A DNA stretch of 64,000 nt, taken from NCBI GenBank assembly GCA_963847625.1, contig CAWKAR010000003.1:32001-96000 (forward strand). The letters run 5' to 3'. The translations under genes were made by a program, and so were the position numbers. Below are positions 27,723 through 37,604 of the stretch, one piece after another; the stretch's first letter is position 1, and each line of letters starts with the position of its first letter. Below the pieces are notes generated by a model, which saw nothing but the letters and a program-made list of their open reading frames with translations, was not told where the DNA came from and ran no database searches. The stretch is from a candidate division FCPU426 bacterium. Its GTDB lineage: Bacteria > Oederibacteriota > Muellerivitia > Muellerivitales > Muellerivitaceae.

Positions 27723-28024
27723 CTTTCTTTTTTCCGTCCCCATCAATCAGCGCAGAGCGCTCGTAGTGGAAATACCCCCTACGTCACCCCAGCATAAAAC
27801 GTAAGGCATATTTGCAATGGGGATTTGTTAACAAATGAGAGAATGCTGGCTCGCTCCACACATTCCCCATCAAAAAAATGAAGAATTTACAATGAACAAT
27901 TGACAATTAACCGCATTAATAAGTTGCAAAAAATGCTTTTAACATTCATTTTCCATTATTCATTGTTCATTATTAATTGTCTTCTTTGGTTTAGGCTTTC
28001 ATGAAGGGGCCGGGGGTTTTAAAA
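27723..28024 (+). repeat. ~300-bp repeat, right copy of the inverted pair
   Basis: See 25751-26079; further partial copies near 11393, 23130, 23335 and 23455. Confidence 0.85.
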
Positions 28025-28027
28025 CTT

Positions 28028-28177
28028 CTAATTCCTGCTAACGTACACGTAGTCTTTCTTGGTGATACCAACCCTTCTTTCTACCGTGCTACTATTTCTC
28101 ATACCGTTCCTCCTTGAGAGCTTGACACTCCAGCCGAGGTAATTTACCCCGGCGGAGGAACGGTCTGCATGTTATCT
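28028..28177 (-). mobile_element. Left-end remnant of a second IS110/IS1111 element
   Basis: End AGATAACATG identical to the intact IS left end; AAGGAGG SD; short ORF MRNSSTVERRVGITKKDYVYVSRN resembling an IS110 N-terminus. Confidence 0.55.
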
Positions 28178-28285
28178 AACTTCTAACTGCCTTTTCCTTT
28201 TTTTAATACCCTCGCCACCTTTGTTAAGTAAATTTTTTTTACTATGACCATAGCTTTTTTTTCCCTTTTGCCTTATTTAAATGGG

Positions 28286-29869
28286 ATGGCTGAACACAAA
28301 GGCATTTCCAAAGAAACCTGGTTGATCGTCATCACGGCGGGCCTGGCGTCCCTGATCCAGATCGTGGACACCTCCATCGTGAACGTGGCCATCCCCACCA
28401 TGATGGGCAACCTGGGGGCCACGCTGGACGAAATCGGCTGGGTCGTGACGGGATACATCATCTCCAACGCCATCATCCTTCCCATCTCCGGGTGGCTGAG
28501 CGCGCGCATCGGCCGCCGCCGCTACTTCATCAGCAACATCCTACTGTTCACGGCCGCCTCGGTGGCCTGCGGGTTGGCGCCGGGCCTGGGAACCCTCATT
28601 TTTTTCCGCGTGATCCAGGGCATGGCAGGCGGGGCCCTGCTCCCCACCGCCCAGGCCCTGATCCAGGAGGCCTTCCCGGGCCGCATCGGGCTGGGAAGCG
28701 CGCTTTTTGGCATGGTGACCATCATCGGGCCCACCATCGGCCCCCCGCTGGGGGGCTACCTCACGGACCATTTCGGCTGGCGGTCCATCTTCAACATCAA
28801 CCTGCCCATCGGGCTCCTGGCGGCTTTCATGGCGGCCCTCTGTGTGAAGGACCACGAGATAGCGGAGGAGCACGCCGACGCCCATGATCGCCTGAAGAGC
28901 GCCCCGGTGGACACGGTCGGCCTGACGCTCCTGGTGGTGGGCATGAGCTGCCTGCAGTACGTGCTGGAAAGGGGCCAGCACGACGACTGGTTTGCCTCCC
29001 ACCTCATCCTCGCCATGGCCGTGACGGCCGCCATCACCCTGCCCGCCTTCCTCTGGTGGGAGCTCACCCACGAGAACCCCATCGTGAACCTGAGGCTGTT
29101 CAGCACCCCGAGCCTCATCAACGGCACTCTGATGCTCGCGGCGGTGGGGGGCATCCTGTACGTGCTGATCTTCCTCCTCCCCATTTTCGCCTCCGCCATC
29201 CTGAACATGGACGCCACCAGCACGGGCAACCTCTTCATGCCGGCCGCCCTGGCCTCGGGCCTTATGATGCCCTTCATCGGAATCCAGATCCACAAGCGGG
29301 ACCCCCGGTGGTTCATGTTCTGGGGCATCCTGAGCACCGAAATCGCACTCGTCATGATGACCCGCTTCACGCCGCAAACCGGCTATTGGGGGATCTTTTG
29401 GCCCCTCATGATCCGGGGCTTCGGCATGTCCTCCATGTTCATCCCCATCAACGCGGTGGTGCTGGGGGCCTTCAAGGGGCCGGACCTGGACCAGGCGGCG
29501 GGCATCCTGAACCTTTCCCGGCAGTTGGGCGGAAGTTTCAGCATCGCGATCTTTTCCACGCTCTTCAGCCGCTCCCAGGACGTGGCCTATGAGAACCTTC
29601 GCAAATACATCTCCCCCCTGAACATGAACTTCGTGCAGTGGGCCCGAAGCGCCCGGGGCCTGGGCTACCGCTTCGCCAGCGAGATCGGCCTGGGCAACCC
29701 CCAGACCCTCCTGGCCAAGGAGGCCTTCTTCCGGCTGAAGAAACAGGCCTTCGTCATTTCCTTCGACAACATGTGCTGGGTTCTGCTAATCGTCTTCGCC
29801 TTTACCCTCATCCCCATTTACTTCCTGAAGAGACCCCCCCACCTTTCGGACCAGCCCGAAGCGCTATAA
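28286..29869 (+). CDS. DHA2 (EmrB/QacA) MFS efflux permease
   Basis: DTSIVNVA, WVVTGY, RVIQG..GG, GPTIGPPLGG, WRSIFNINLPIG; 14-TM layout. Confidence 0.92.
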   Translation: MAEHKGISKETWLIVITAGLASLIQIVDTSIVNVAIPTMMGNLGATLDEIGWVVTGYIISNAIILPISGWLSARIGRRRYFISNILLFTAASVACGLAPGLGTLIFFRVIQGMAGGALLPTAQALIQEAFPGRIGLGSALFGMVTIIGPTIGPPLGGYLTDHFGWRSIFNINLPIGLLAAFMAALCVKDHEIAEEHADAHDRLKSAPVDTVGLTLLVVGMSCLQYVLERGQHDDWFASHLILAMAVTAAITLPAFLWWELTHENPIVNLRLFSTPSLINGTLMLAAVGGILYVLIFLLPIFASAILNMDATSTGNLFMPAALASGLMMPFIGIQIHKRDPRWFMFWGILSTEIALVMMTRFTPQTGYWGIFWPLMIRGFGMSSMFIPINAVVLGAFKGPDLDQAAGILNLSRQLGGSFSIAIFSTLFSRSQDVAYENLRKYISPLNMNFVQWARSARGLGYRFASEIGLGNPQTLLAKEAFFRLKKQAFVISFDNMCWVLLIVFAFTLIPIYFLKRPPHLSDQPEAL

Positions 29870-29960
29870 GGGGTTTCGGAAAACCGCTGGATTTATGGGT
29901 TTTCCCGGCTTCAGAAAATCCAAAAACAGCCGTTAGGTAGAGTGAGAAGGAGGAACCCCA

Positions 29961-30401
29961 ATGTTTAACGGTTTGAATTCCCTCACCCCCACCGCCCTCA
30001 GCGCCCTTTTAACGTCCGGTTCCAGCGCCCTTGGCGGGTCTTTCGACTCCCTGTTCTCCCAGGCCATGAACCAGGCCTCGACCCCCGCCCAGAAGTTCGA
30101 GGACGCTTGGCTGTCGGTCGAATACAGCAACCTCAACACGCTTTACGCCGCCGTCTCGGGGACCGACAACACGGATTCGCTCCTGAGCTCCACCAACTCG
30201 CTGGCCATGGACTTCGGCTCGGTTTCGGCCCAGGTGAGCCAGTTGGAACAGCAATTGGGGATGATTTCCACCCCGGCGGTCAACACCCAACCGGCCACCA
30301 ACATGAATGCCGCCCTGGCTTTGGAAGCCCAGATGCTCTTCAACAACAACCTGGTCAACTTCGGGTCGGATTCGGGGACGAACGTAAACGCTTTGGTTTA
30401 A
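29961..30401 (+). CDS. Hypothetical Ser/Asn-rich protein
   Basis: AAGGAGG SD; 146 aa; GC3-biased codons. Confidence 0.6.
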   Translation: MFNGLNSLTPTALSALLTSGSSALGGSFDSLFSQAMNQASTPAQKFEDAWLSVEYSNLNTLYAAVSGTDNTDSLLSSTNSLAMDFGSVSAQVSQLEQQLGMISTPAVNTQPATNMNAALALEAQMLFNNNLVNFGSDSGTNVNALV

Positions 30402-30639
30402 ACCCTCCGAATGGCCTTTAAAGGCGCGATACCCGGCGGCGGCACCCCCGGGTTCCGCGCCTTTCTTTTTTCCGGCCCGTTCCACTTGATTGACGGCCGA
30501 TGACACGTTTATAAAGTCATCATCCATCCTTCCGTTTTATCAAATTGCGCAAGAAAAGATACGGTGGGCGGCCATTTTTCCGTGGTTTTGGCCGGGAAAT
30601 TTAGGTACCTTTGTTGGCATTCCGAACAAGGGGGTTTTT

Positions 30640-31278
30640 ATGGGCATGATCGTGGACCTTCACGACCAAGGGGACTCCGGGGTTTTCGACGACATCAAGG
30701 ATAAAAACGAGAACCTCCTTTGGATCGGAAAACCCAACGCCACCTGCTTCGTCATGAGCGGGATCCCTTTTTTAATCTTCGGGATCTTTTGGGGATGTTT
30801 CGACCTTTTCGCCCTCTTAAAAATGCTAGATAGCGGCAAGTCGATGGGGTTTGGCATCCCGTTCCTCATGCTCCATTCCTTCCCCTTTTGGGGCAGTATC
30901 CTTTACATAGTTTGGCTTTACATGGCCCACGGAAAGACCTTCTACGGCTATTCCAACCGCCGTTTAATGATCCGGACGGGGGCCATCGGGGTGGACATCA
31001 AGACCTACGAATACGACCAGATTTCCAATATGGAGGTGCGGCAGGGCCCCATCCAAAAAATGTTCGGCGTGGGTACGATCACCTTCAACACCGGCCAAAC
31101 CAACTCCAACGGGAGGATGATCAACAACTCCTTCAAGGCCATCCCCGACGCGTTCGAGGTTTTCAAGAAGATCAAGGAAGTCTCCACGGACATCAAAACG
31201 GACGAATATTACCCCAACGCCATGCGCCCGCCGGAGAACCCGGGTTACGAGACCCGTTACACCCCGCCCAAGGAATAA
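30640..31278 (+). CDS. Membrane protein with bacterial PH (bPH_2) domain
   Basis: ENLLWIGKP, two TM, YGYSNRRLMIRTG, IQKMFGVGTITF. Confidence 0.8.
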   Translation: MGMIVDLHDQGDSGVFDDIKDKNENLLWIGKPNATCFVMSGIPFLIFGIFWGCFDLFALLKMLDSGKSMGFGIPFLMLHSFPFWGSILYIVWLYMAHGKTFYGYSNRRLMIRTGAIGVDIKTYEYDQISNMEVRQGPIQKMFGVGTITFNTGQTNSNGRMINNSFKAIPDAFEVFKKIKEVSTDIKTDEYYPNAMRPPENPGYETRYTPPKE

Positions 31279-31514
31279 GGAAACCTTTCGGCCCGGGATT
31301 TAAAGGCATGGCTATCAACAGCCCCGTTGTTTTCTGTTGCGTTCCCGGTCGCGTGAGTCGGTAGTTACTATTGGTAGTAATAACAGTCTTAAAATAGCGC
31401 TTTTATCCGGTTTAAATCCCAATTCTTAATATTTCAATAACCAAATACCCGTATGGTCATATAATAGGCATCCTCGTTTGAAAAGCTGTTTTGGGTATTG
31501 AAGGAGCCGATGGA

Positions 31515-32117
31515 ATGGGAATCTTTTCTCCGATCCTCAACGTATTGAAAAAAGACCCTTATTCCACAGAAGACAGGCAATATCAGGAATCCCTCAAAAA
31601 AAATCCGGATGACATAAAACTCCGGGCCCAATACGCCAAGTTTTGTTTGAGACGCCACTTCACCCGGGAAAACGCATCCCAACGCCTCGAGTCTGTCGAG
31701 TGGTTCGAGAATAATGATTTTTCAGATCTTTTTGATCCGGAGTTTTACTACCTGATGGGGCGGTATTACCACCGAAACAATGACGAGAAAGCCAAGGTGT
31801 TGTACCTTCGGGACATCAGGGAATTCAACCGCTATATTGAGATGAATCCCTACCTCAAGAAGGATTTCATGGAACTCGCCTTGGCGACCGTCCTGCACCT
31901 CATGACCCTGCAGCCCGACCACTGTGATCCGGAAATCGTGAAGTTCTTTGACTCCGTTCACAAGTGCTACCCCCTTCATGTGAAGAGAGTCAAACTCGAG
32001 AATGAAATCGAAAAGAGCGGGGCGGGCTCAAGCCGCGTCAAACAAATGTCGGATGAAATAAAAAAGCTGAAAGCGGAGTTCATGTCGATCCGGAAAAAAG
32101 GAAAGCCCAAAGAATAA
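31515..32117 (+). CDS. Hypothetical helical (TPR-like) protein
   Basis: LKKNPDD..LRAQYA, YYLMGRYY...AK..Y. Confidence 0.6.
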   Translation: MGIFSPILNVLKKDPYSTEDRQYQESLKKNPDDIKLRAQYAKFCLRRHFTRENASQRLESVEWFENNDFSDLFDPEFYYLMGRYYHRNNDEKAKVLYLRDIREFNRYIEMNPYLKKDFMELALATVLHLMTLQPDHCDPEIVKFFDSVHKCYPLHVKRVKLENEIEKSGAGSSRVKQMSDEIKKLKAEFMSIRKKGKPKE

Positions 32118-32193
32118 CGCTTTAAAACCCGCGGTGGCTCGGTAAACACTCTTCTGAATTTACGATCAGTCCTGAAGCTCCCCAACCCCAGCC

Positions 32194-32615
32194 TCAATCG
32201 CCTATGAACCGGTCCTTGAATTCAGGGGCCGGGACCATACACCGGTCGCTTTTCCCGAAAAGACGGTATCGATTCCGGGCCATGCGATCATAAGCCAAGT
32301 CCCGGATGGGCGCGGGAACCAGCCTCAAGGCGCGCGATAAGCCGAACCACCCCCCCAACCCTTCCAGGGCCCCCAGAATGGCATCGGACTTCAGGCGAGC
32401 CCGGTTGTCCTGGATCAGGACGAAGAGCCCACCTCCTCTAGTTTCAAGCCGTATTCCAACAGCGTTTCTTTCGCCTTCCCGGATTGAAGCGGCGTGAACA
32501 TGAATTTCCGGCCGGTGTCCCAACGCATAATGGCCCCGGCGATCCTGCCGCACATATTGCATACCCCGTCGAACATCAACAACGCTTGGCCGCTTTCCTT
32601 CCCTGGCATCCCCAT
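32194..32615 (-). pseudogene. DCC1/DUF393 thiol-disulfide oxidoreductase, frameshifted near 32425
   Basis: FDGVCNMC...FTPLQS in one frame; FVLI...KSDAIL...IRDLAYD..ARNRYRLFGK...C in another. Confidence 0.8.
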
Positions 32616-32896
32616 GAGAACCTCCATTTCAATATTCAACTTAAGGAAAGGACGCCTTAAATATCAAGCCGGCACGTGATTTATCCCTGTTATCGGCGGT
32701 AAATTGGCAGTCATTCCTATTGGGCCCTATATTAAAAAACCTACCGTTACAACAACCCCACGTGAAAGCAATAAACGTCTAAACCATGTCGCACCAATTC
32801 ATCCTCCTAGGGATTATGCGTGAAATTTCCTGGAAAGCCGGGGCTTGTAAACCTGATTGCCAACTTATCAGCCGTGACTTGGGCCGTTAGAGGCGA

Positions 32897-33451
32897 ATGG
32901 TGAAAAATTACTTCTTATTATTGTTATTGTTCCTGGCACTGTTGGTATCCGTTATGGCCTGCGATGTTCCCCCTCCCGTCAAACCTGTGAACAACCCGCC
33001 CGCGGGGATGGGTGGAAGACCGAATCCCACTCCGACACCTATTTGCTCAATGATACCCGTTAACCTGCCAGTGGGTATTTATGGCCTGACCGACGCCGGT
33101 GTCAACGTTATACACAATTTGGCGGAATGGAATAACTTTATCAATAACACTTCGGGATATATCGCATATATGACCCCTACGCCCACGGCCACCATAGGCG
33201 TGGCTCCGGTTGATTTTAACTCTCAAATGTTAGTGATAGGGGCTGTAATACAGCCATGCAATACCCAGACCTTAATCATCAATAACGTTTGCGAGAGTCC
33301 CAATCTGGTGACCATTTCCGTGACATCTTCAACCTGCTTATCCTGCATCGAATGCGCATTGGCTCCTGAAAATTCACTTGTTACTTCCGCCGTGGCGGCG
33401 CCCCTTTCCAACCAGCCCGTGTCGATTGTTTGCACCTATAACAATTATTGA
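32897..33451 (+). CDS. Cys-containing lipoprotein
   Basis: Lipobox VMAC; VDFNSQMLV motif; Pro/Thr linker. Confidence 0.65.
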   Translation: MVKNYFLLLLLFLALLVSVMACDVPPPVKPVNNPPAGMGGRPNPTPTPICSMIPVNLPVGIYGLTDAGVNVIHNLAEWNNFINNTSGYIAYMTPTPTATIGVAPVDFNSQMLVIGAVIQPCNTQTLIINNVCESPNLVTISVTSSTCLSCIECALAPENSLVTSAVAAPLSNQPVSIVCTYNNY

Positions 33452-33603
33452 CGCGGCCAAGACCGGTACCACCCATCTGAAAACCAATTCACTGGCATTT
33501 GGCTTATGAGTGGCTTTTTCCGAGGGAATAGACGATGGTTACTGCGATTGGTTATTTAACCTTTTTCGGCCGGCTTCTAAAAAAGACGTTCCTGACATGT
33601 CTA

Positions 33604-34644
33604 TCAAGCCAAGCCGGGCTGGAGCCGCTCCCCCAAAACCGAGTAGGGGATATGGACCCCGGATTTGCCCTTAATGCGCACGGGAGCAAGTTCCTCCAGC
33701 CGGAAAGTGTCGCCGGCGATGAGGGCCAGGTCCTGGTTGATGAGGATCTGCCCATCCTCGGCGATGGAGCAAAGGCGCGAGGCGAAGTTGACGCTGTCCC
33801 CGATGACCGTGAATTCCATACGCCGGGCCGAGCCAAGGTTGCCGAGCACCACGTTTCCCCCGACCAGACCCATCCCCAGCCCCGTTTCGACCGTTTCGCT
33901 GTAGATATTCTTGAAGGTGGCCTCGATCCGGTGGAACTGGTCCTGCATCTGGAGAGCCGCCAATAGGACTTTTTTCACGTCGGGCAGGGGGGTCTCCTCC
34001 GGGAAAGGAAAAAAGGCCATGATGGAGTCCCCCATGAACTTGTTGATTTCACCGCCCGAAAAGCTGATGACTTCCTCGAACTCCGTGAACATGCGGTTCA
34101 GGTACCGGACCGTTTCCTGCGGTTTAAGTTTCTCGGACAAGGACGTGAAACCCCGCACATCGGAAAACATGACGATGGCCCGGGTGAGCTCCCCTTCCCA
34201 GACGGCTTTTCCCCCCTTCTCCGTGGCAAAGATGGAAGCCTTGGTCCCCACGAACTTGTCCAGGATGTGGCGGGTTTCATGGAGCTTTTTTTCGCTCTCG
34301 CTGAAGATCTGGTATCCCATATCCATCAATTCCCTTTTCTTGGCCTGAACCGACGAGGGAAGGATATGGCGCACGATCTTGTAGTCGCTGGGCAGAATAT
34401 GGCACCTCAGGAGGAAGTTTTGGAGTTCCATTAAAAGTCCCGACTGGGCCTTCCACCAGAGGAAGCGCCAGGAAATCGTAAGCAACAGCACCGCCGCGGC
34501 GCTGGCTGCCAGGACCGCCTCCCAAGGGGCGCCAAAATACCGGCAGACCCACCCGGTCGCCAAACCGGTCAGAACGGCCCAATAGAAGGCAAACGATTTT
34601 CCGATCTGGAAAAAAGATTTTTGGTTTTCAGTTTCGTTGGCCAT
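33604..34644 (-). CDS. Class III adenylate/guanylate cyclase, membrane anchored
   Basis: MFSDVRGFT, INKFMGDSIMA, EFTVIGDSVNFASRL. Confidence 0.92.
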   Translation of the reverse strand: MANETENQKSFFQIGKSFAFYWAVLTGLATGWVCRYFGAPWEAVLAASAAAVLLLTISWRFLWWKAQSGLLMELQNFLLRCHILPSDYKIVRHILPSSVQAKKRELMDMGYQIFSESEKKLHETRHILDKFVGTKASIFATEKGGKAVWEGELTRAIVMFSDVRGFTSLSEKLKPQETVRYLNRMFTEFEEVISFSGGEINKFMGDSIMAFFPFPEETPLPDVKKVLLAALQMQDQFHRIEATFKNIYSETVETGLGMGLVGGNVVLGNLGSARRMEFTVIGDSVNFASRLCSIAEDGQILINQDLALIAGDTFRLEELAPVRIKGKSGVHIPYSVLGERLQPGLA

Positions 34645-34751
34645 GGGCTCGATGCCGTTTAAGAAGGGATAGTAAAACCCGGATAAGGAAAAATTCTCTT
34701 GGAAACATCATACCTTCGGGAAAATGGAGGCTCAATCATTTGGTGAGCCGG

Positions 34752-35441
34752 TTATCGAGGATGGCTCCGGATATATTGAAATAAGGCCTCGGCAGACTCC
34801 TCCACGCTCAGGTGGGAATGGTCCATCACGATGGATTCTGGCGTCTTGCGGAGCCCGCCCACGGGCCGGTGGTAATCCCGCTCGTCCCGGGCCTTTACAT
34901 TCTCCAGGACCTGTCCCAGGGTGGTTTGCACGCCCGCCCTCTGGAGGTCCCGGAAACGGCGTTGGGCCCGGGTCTCCACGGAAGCGTCGAGGAAAAACTT
35001 GTATTGCGCGTCCGGAAAAACATCGGTGGCGATATCCCGGCCCTCCAGGACGGCCCCTCCGAAGGGCGCGCTGTCAGAGCGGCCCATCTGCTGCTGCCGG
35101 GCCACCAGGATTTTCCTCACCGGCACCGAGTTGGCGATAAAACGGGAAGCCTCGGTCACTTCCGGGGTCCGAATTTCCCGGCTGACCTCCTCCCCGTTCA
35201 GGAAGACGTGGTTCTCGGGCTCACCCGGTTTCAGTTCGATGCGGCAACCCAGCGCGATTTTTTCCAGGACCCCATCGTTTTTCAAATCGGCTTTTTGCCG
35301 CAGCGCAGCCAGGGTGACACAGCGGTACATGGCGCCCGTGTCGATGTGGAGGAAACCCAATTTACGGGCCAGAGCCTTGGCGACGGTGCTTTTCCCCGCG
35401 CCCGCCGGCCCGTCGATGGCCACGATGACAACTTGACTCAA
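34752..35441 (-). CDS. cmk: Cytidylate kinase
   Basis: AIDGPAGAGKST, DTGAMYR, EGRDI, FPDA. Confidence 0.95.
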   Translation of the reverse strand: MSQVVIVAIDGPAGAGKSTVAKALARKLGFLHIDTGAMYRCVTLAALRQKADLKNDGVLEKIALGCRIELKPGEPENHVFLNGEEVSREIRTPEVTEASRFIANSVPVRKILVARQQQMGRSDSAPFGGAVLEGRDIATDVFPDAQYKFFLDASVETRAQRRFRDLQRAGVQTTLGQVLENVKARDERDYHRPVGGLRKTPESIVMDHSHLSVEESAEALFQYIRSHPR

Positions 35442-35469
35442 GTTCGTTCCTTATCCTGTCGGCGAAAGC

Positions 35470-36764
35470 TCAAACAACCGAGAGTTTTTTGAGACACTGT
35501 TCGAAGCAAGGGAAGGAGGTGTCGATATTCTCCGTGTCCAGGATGGTGGTGGGCCCCCGGGCGATCAGGCCCGCCACCGCCAGGGCCATGGCCACCCGGT
35601 GGTCCCCGCCGGAGGAAAAGGAGGCTCCCCTCAGGGGCGTTGGACCCTGGATGATCCAGCCGTCGTCCTTGGGCTCGATGTTCGCGCCCATTTTCCTCAG
35701 GGTGATGGACATCATGAGGATTCGGTCCGACTCCTTGACCTTGAGATCCTCGGCGTTTCGCACCAGGGTCTTGCCCGGGCCTGGGTGGCGGCCACCGCCA
35801 ATACGGGAAACTCATCGATCATGCGGGGGACGACCGTTCCCTCCACTTGGACCGCCTTCAGCCCGGAAGGCCGGACGAACAGGTCCGCCACGGGTTCCAT
35901 CCCCTTTCTCACGGCTTTCCGACGCACCTGGATTTTAGCGCCCATCCTGGCTAAAACTTCAAGGTAACCCGTCCGGGTGGGGTTCACTCCGACGTTGCGC
36001 AACAGCACCCCCGGGCCCGGCGCCAACAACGCGGCCGTGATAAAAAAAGCCGCCGAGGAAATATCCCCCGGCACGCGGATTTCCCGTCCCGGGAAAGGCG
36101 CCGCGGGCCCCGTGACCGTGATGGATGTCCCCTTCCGGCGGAACGGGATGGAAAAAGCGCTGAACATTCTTTCGGTATGGTCCCGGGTCGCAACCGGCTC
36201 AATCACCGTGGTGGAACCTTCGGCGAAAAGGCCCGCCAGCAAAAGGGCGCTTTTCACTTGGGCGCTGGCCACCGGCAGGCGGTAGGTGATGCCATGAAGC
36301 CTCCGGGTCTTCAGTTCCAAGGGCAGGAAGTTGGCCTCCTCCGGCCCGGAAATGCGGGCTCCCATTTTCAAGAGGGGTTCCACCACGCGTTTCATGGGCC
36401 GCCGGCGGAGGGATTCGTCCCCGGTAATCCTGCTGGTGAAGGGCTGTCCAGCCAGAAGCCCCAGCAGGATGCGCGCCGTCGTCCCGGAATTACCCGCGTC
36501 GAGGATTTTCTGGGTTGGCCGGAGGGAATTCAGCCCCTTTCCCTGGATGGTAACCTGGTCCCCCGACCGCTTGATCCTCACGCCCATGCTTTGGAAAATC
36601 CTCAATGTGGCCAGGCAGTCCTCGGACGACAAGAAATGCCGGACATGGGTGGTGCCGGTCGCCAGGGAACCCAGGATGATCGAACGGTGGGATACGGATT
36701 TGTCGCCGGGAATTTCCAAGGCCCCCCGGAAGGCCTTCACGGGTTGGACGACGAGCTTTTTCAC
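35470..36764 (-). CDS. aroA: EPSP synthase with an apparent 1-nt frameshift near 35778
   Basis: PGDKSVSHR, DAGNSGT, ASAQVKS, RDHTE, PGDISSA, IDEFP, then KESDRI / GDHRVAM in a shifted frame. Confidence 0.9.
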
Positions 36765-37603
36765 AGGGCCTCCCGGCGGCTTCGGGTTTTCTCGAAATAC
36801 TTCCTCCATTGGCCCGGCTTGCGAGTCTTCAGGGCTTTCTCCAGTATTTTCAGCCGGGAACAGTATTGGCCCAAAAAGGCGCTGACGGCATCCTTGTTCA
36901 AAGCCAGGATGTCCGCCCACATGGCCGGGTGTCCCGCGGCGATGCGGGTTAAGTCCCTGAATCCGCTGCCCACGCCCTTTCGGTATCGCGGGTCCCGGAT
37001 GGCGTGGTCCTCGTAAAGGTTTATGAGCGCGGAGGCCAGGAGATGGGGGAGATGGCTGGTCAAGGCCACGTAACGGTCGTGTTGGGAAGCGTTCATGACC
37101 ACCGGAATCCCGCCGACCCCCTTCCAGAAGGAAACGGCTTTGCGAAGCAGTGCGGCCGGCGTGCCTTTCAGTGGCGTGATGAATACCACTTTCCCCTGGT
37201 AAAGCCCGGGTCCGGCCCATTGGAGGCCCGATTTTTCCTTTCCCGCCATTGGGTGGCAGGGGACGAATAGTTTGGCCGCGCCCTTCATCCGGCCGGCGCT
37301 CGCGGCGATTTGTCCCTTGACGCTGGAAACGTCCATCGCCAGGGAGGGCGGATGGGGATGCTTCAGGAGGGCCGGCAGGGCCTCCAGCACGGCCTTCGAG
37401 TGAGAGCACAATACCGCCACATCCGCGTTTTCGACCGCTTCCTCGAAACTTTTGGCGACCGGAAGCAGGCGCAGGGTTTTGCGCCGCGATACGGCCCGGT
37501 GGTTCCAACCCACCAGCCGCAGGCCCTTTTTTTTCCTCAGGTCGTAGGCCAGGGATCCACCCAGCAACCCCACTCCGATGATCGCGATTTTTCTTTTTTT
37601 CAT
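36761..37603 (-). CDS. tyrA: Prephenate dehydrogenase
   Basis: IGVGLLGGS, DVSSVK, HPMAGKE, HD..VALTSHLPH, GFRDLTRIA. Confidence 0.93.
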   Translation of the reverse strand: MKKRKIAIIGVGLLGGSLAYDLRKKKGLRLVGWNHRAVSRRKTLRLLPVAKSFEEAVENADVAVLCSHSKAVLEALPALLKHPHPPSLAMDVSSVKGQIAASAGRMKGAAKLFVPCHPMAGKEKSGLQWAGPGLYQGKVVFITPLKGTPAALLRKAVSFWKGVGGIPVVMNASQHDRYVALTSHLPHLLASALINLYEDHAIRDPRYRKGVGSGFRDLTRIAAGHPAMWADILALNKDAVSAFLGQYCSRLKILEKALKTRKPGQWRKYFEKTRSRREAL

Positions 37604-37604
37604 C

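Noticed and set aside
36765..37508. N-terminal ~250 aa of the 598-aa ORF as an aroA fusion domain
   Set aside because: It is an alternative frame over tyrA; aroA begins at the GTG overlapping the tyrA stop.
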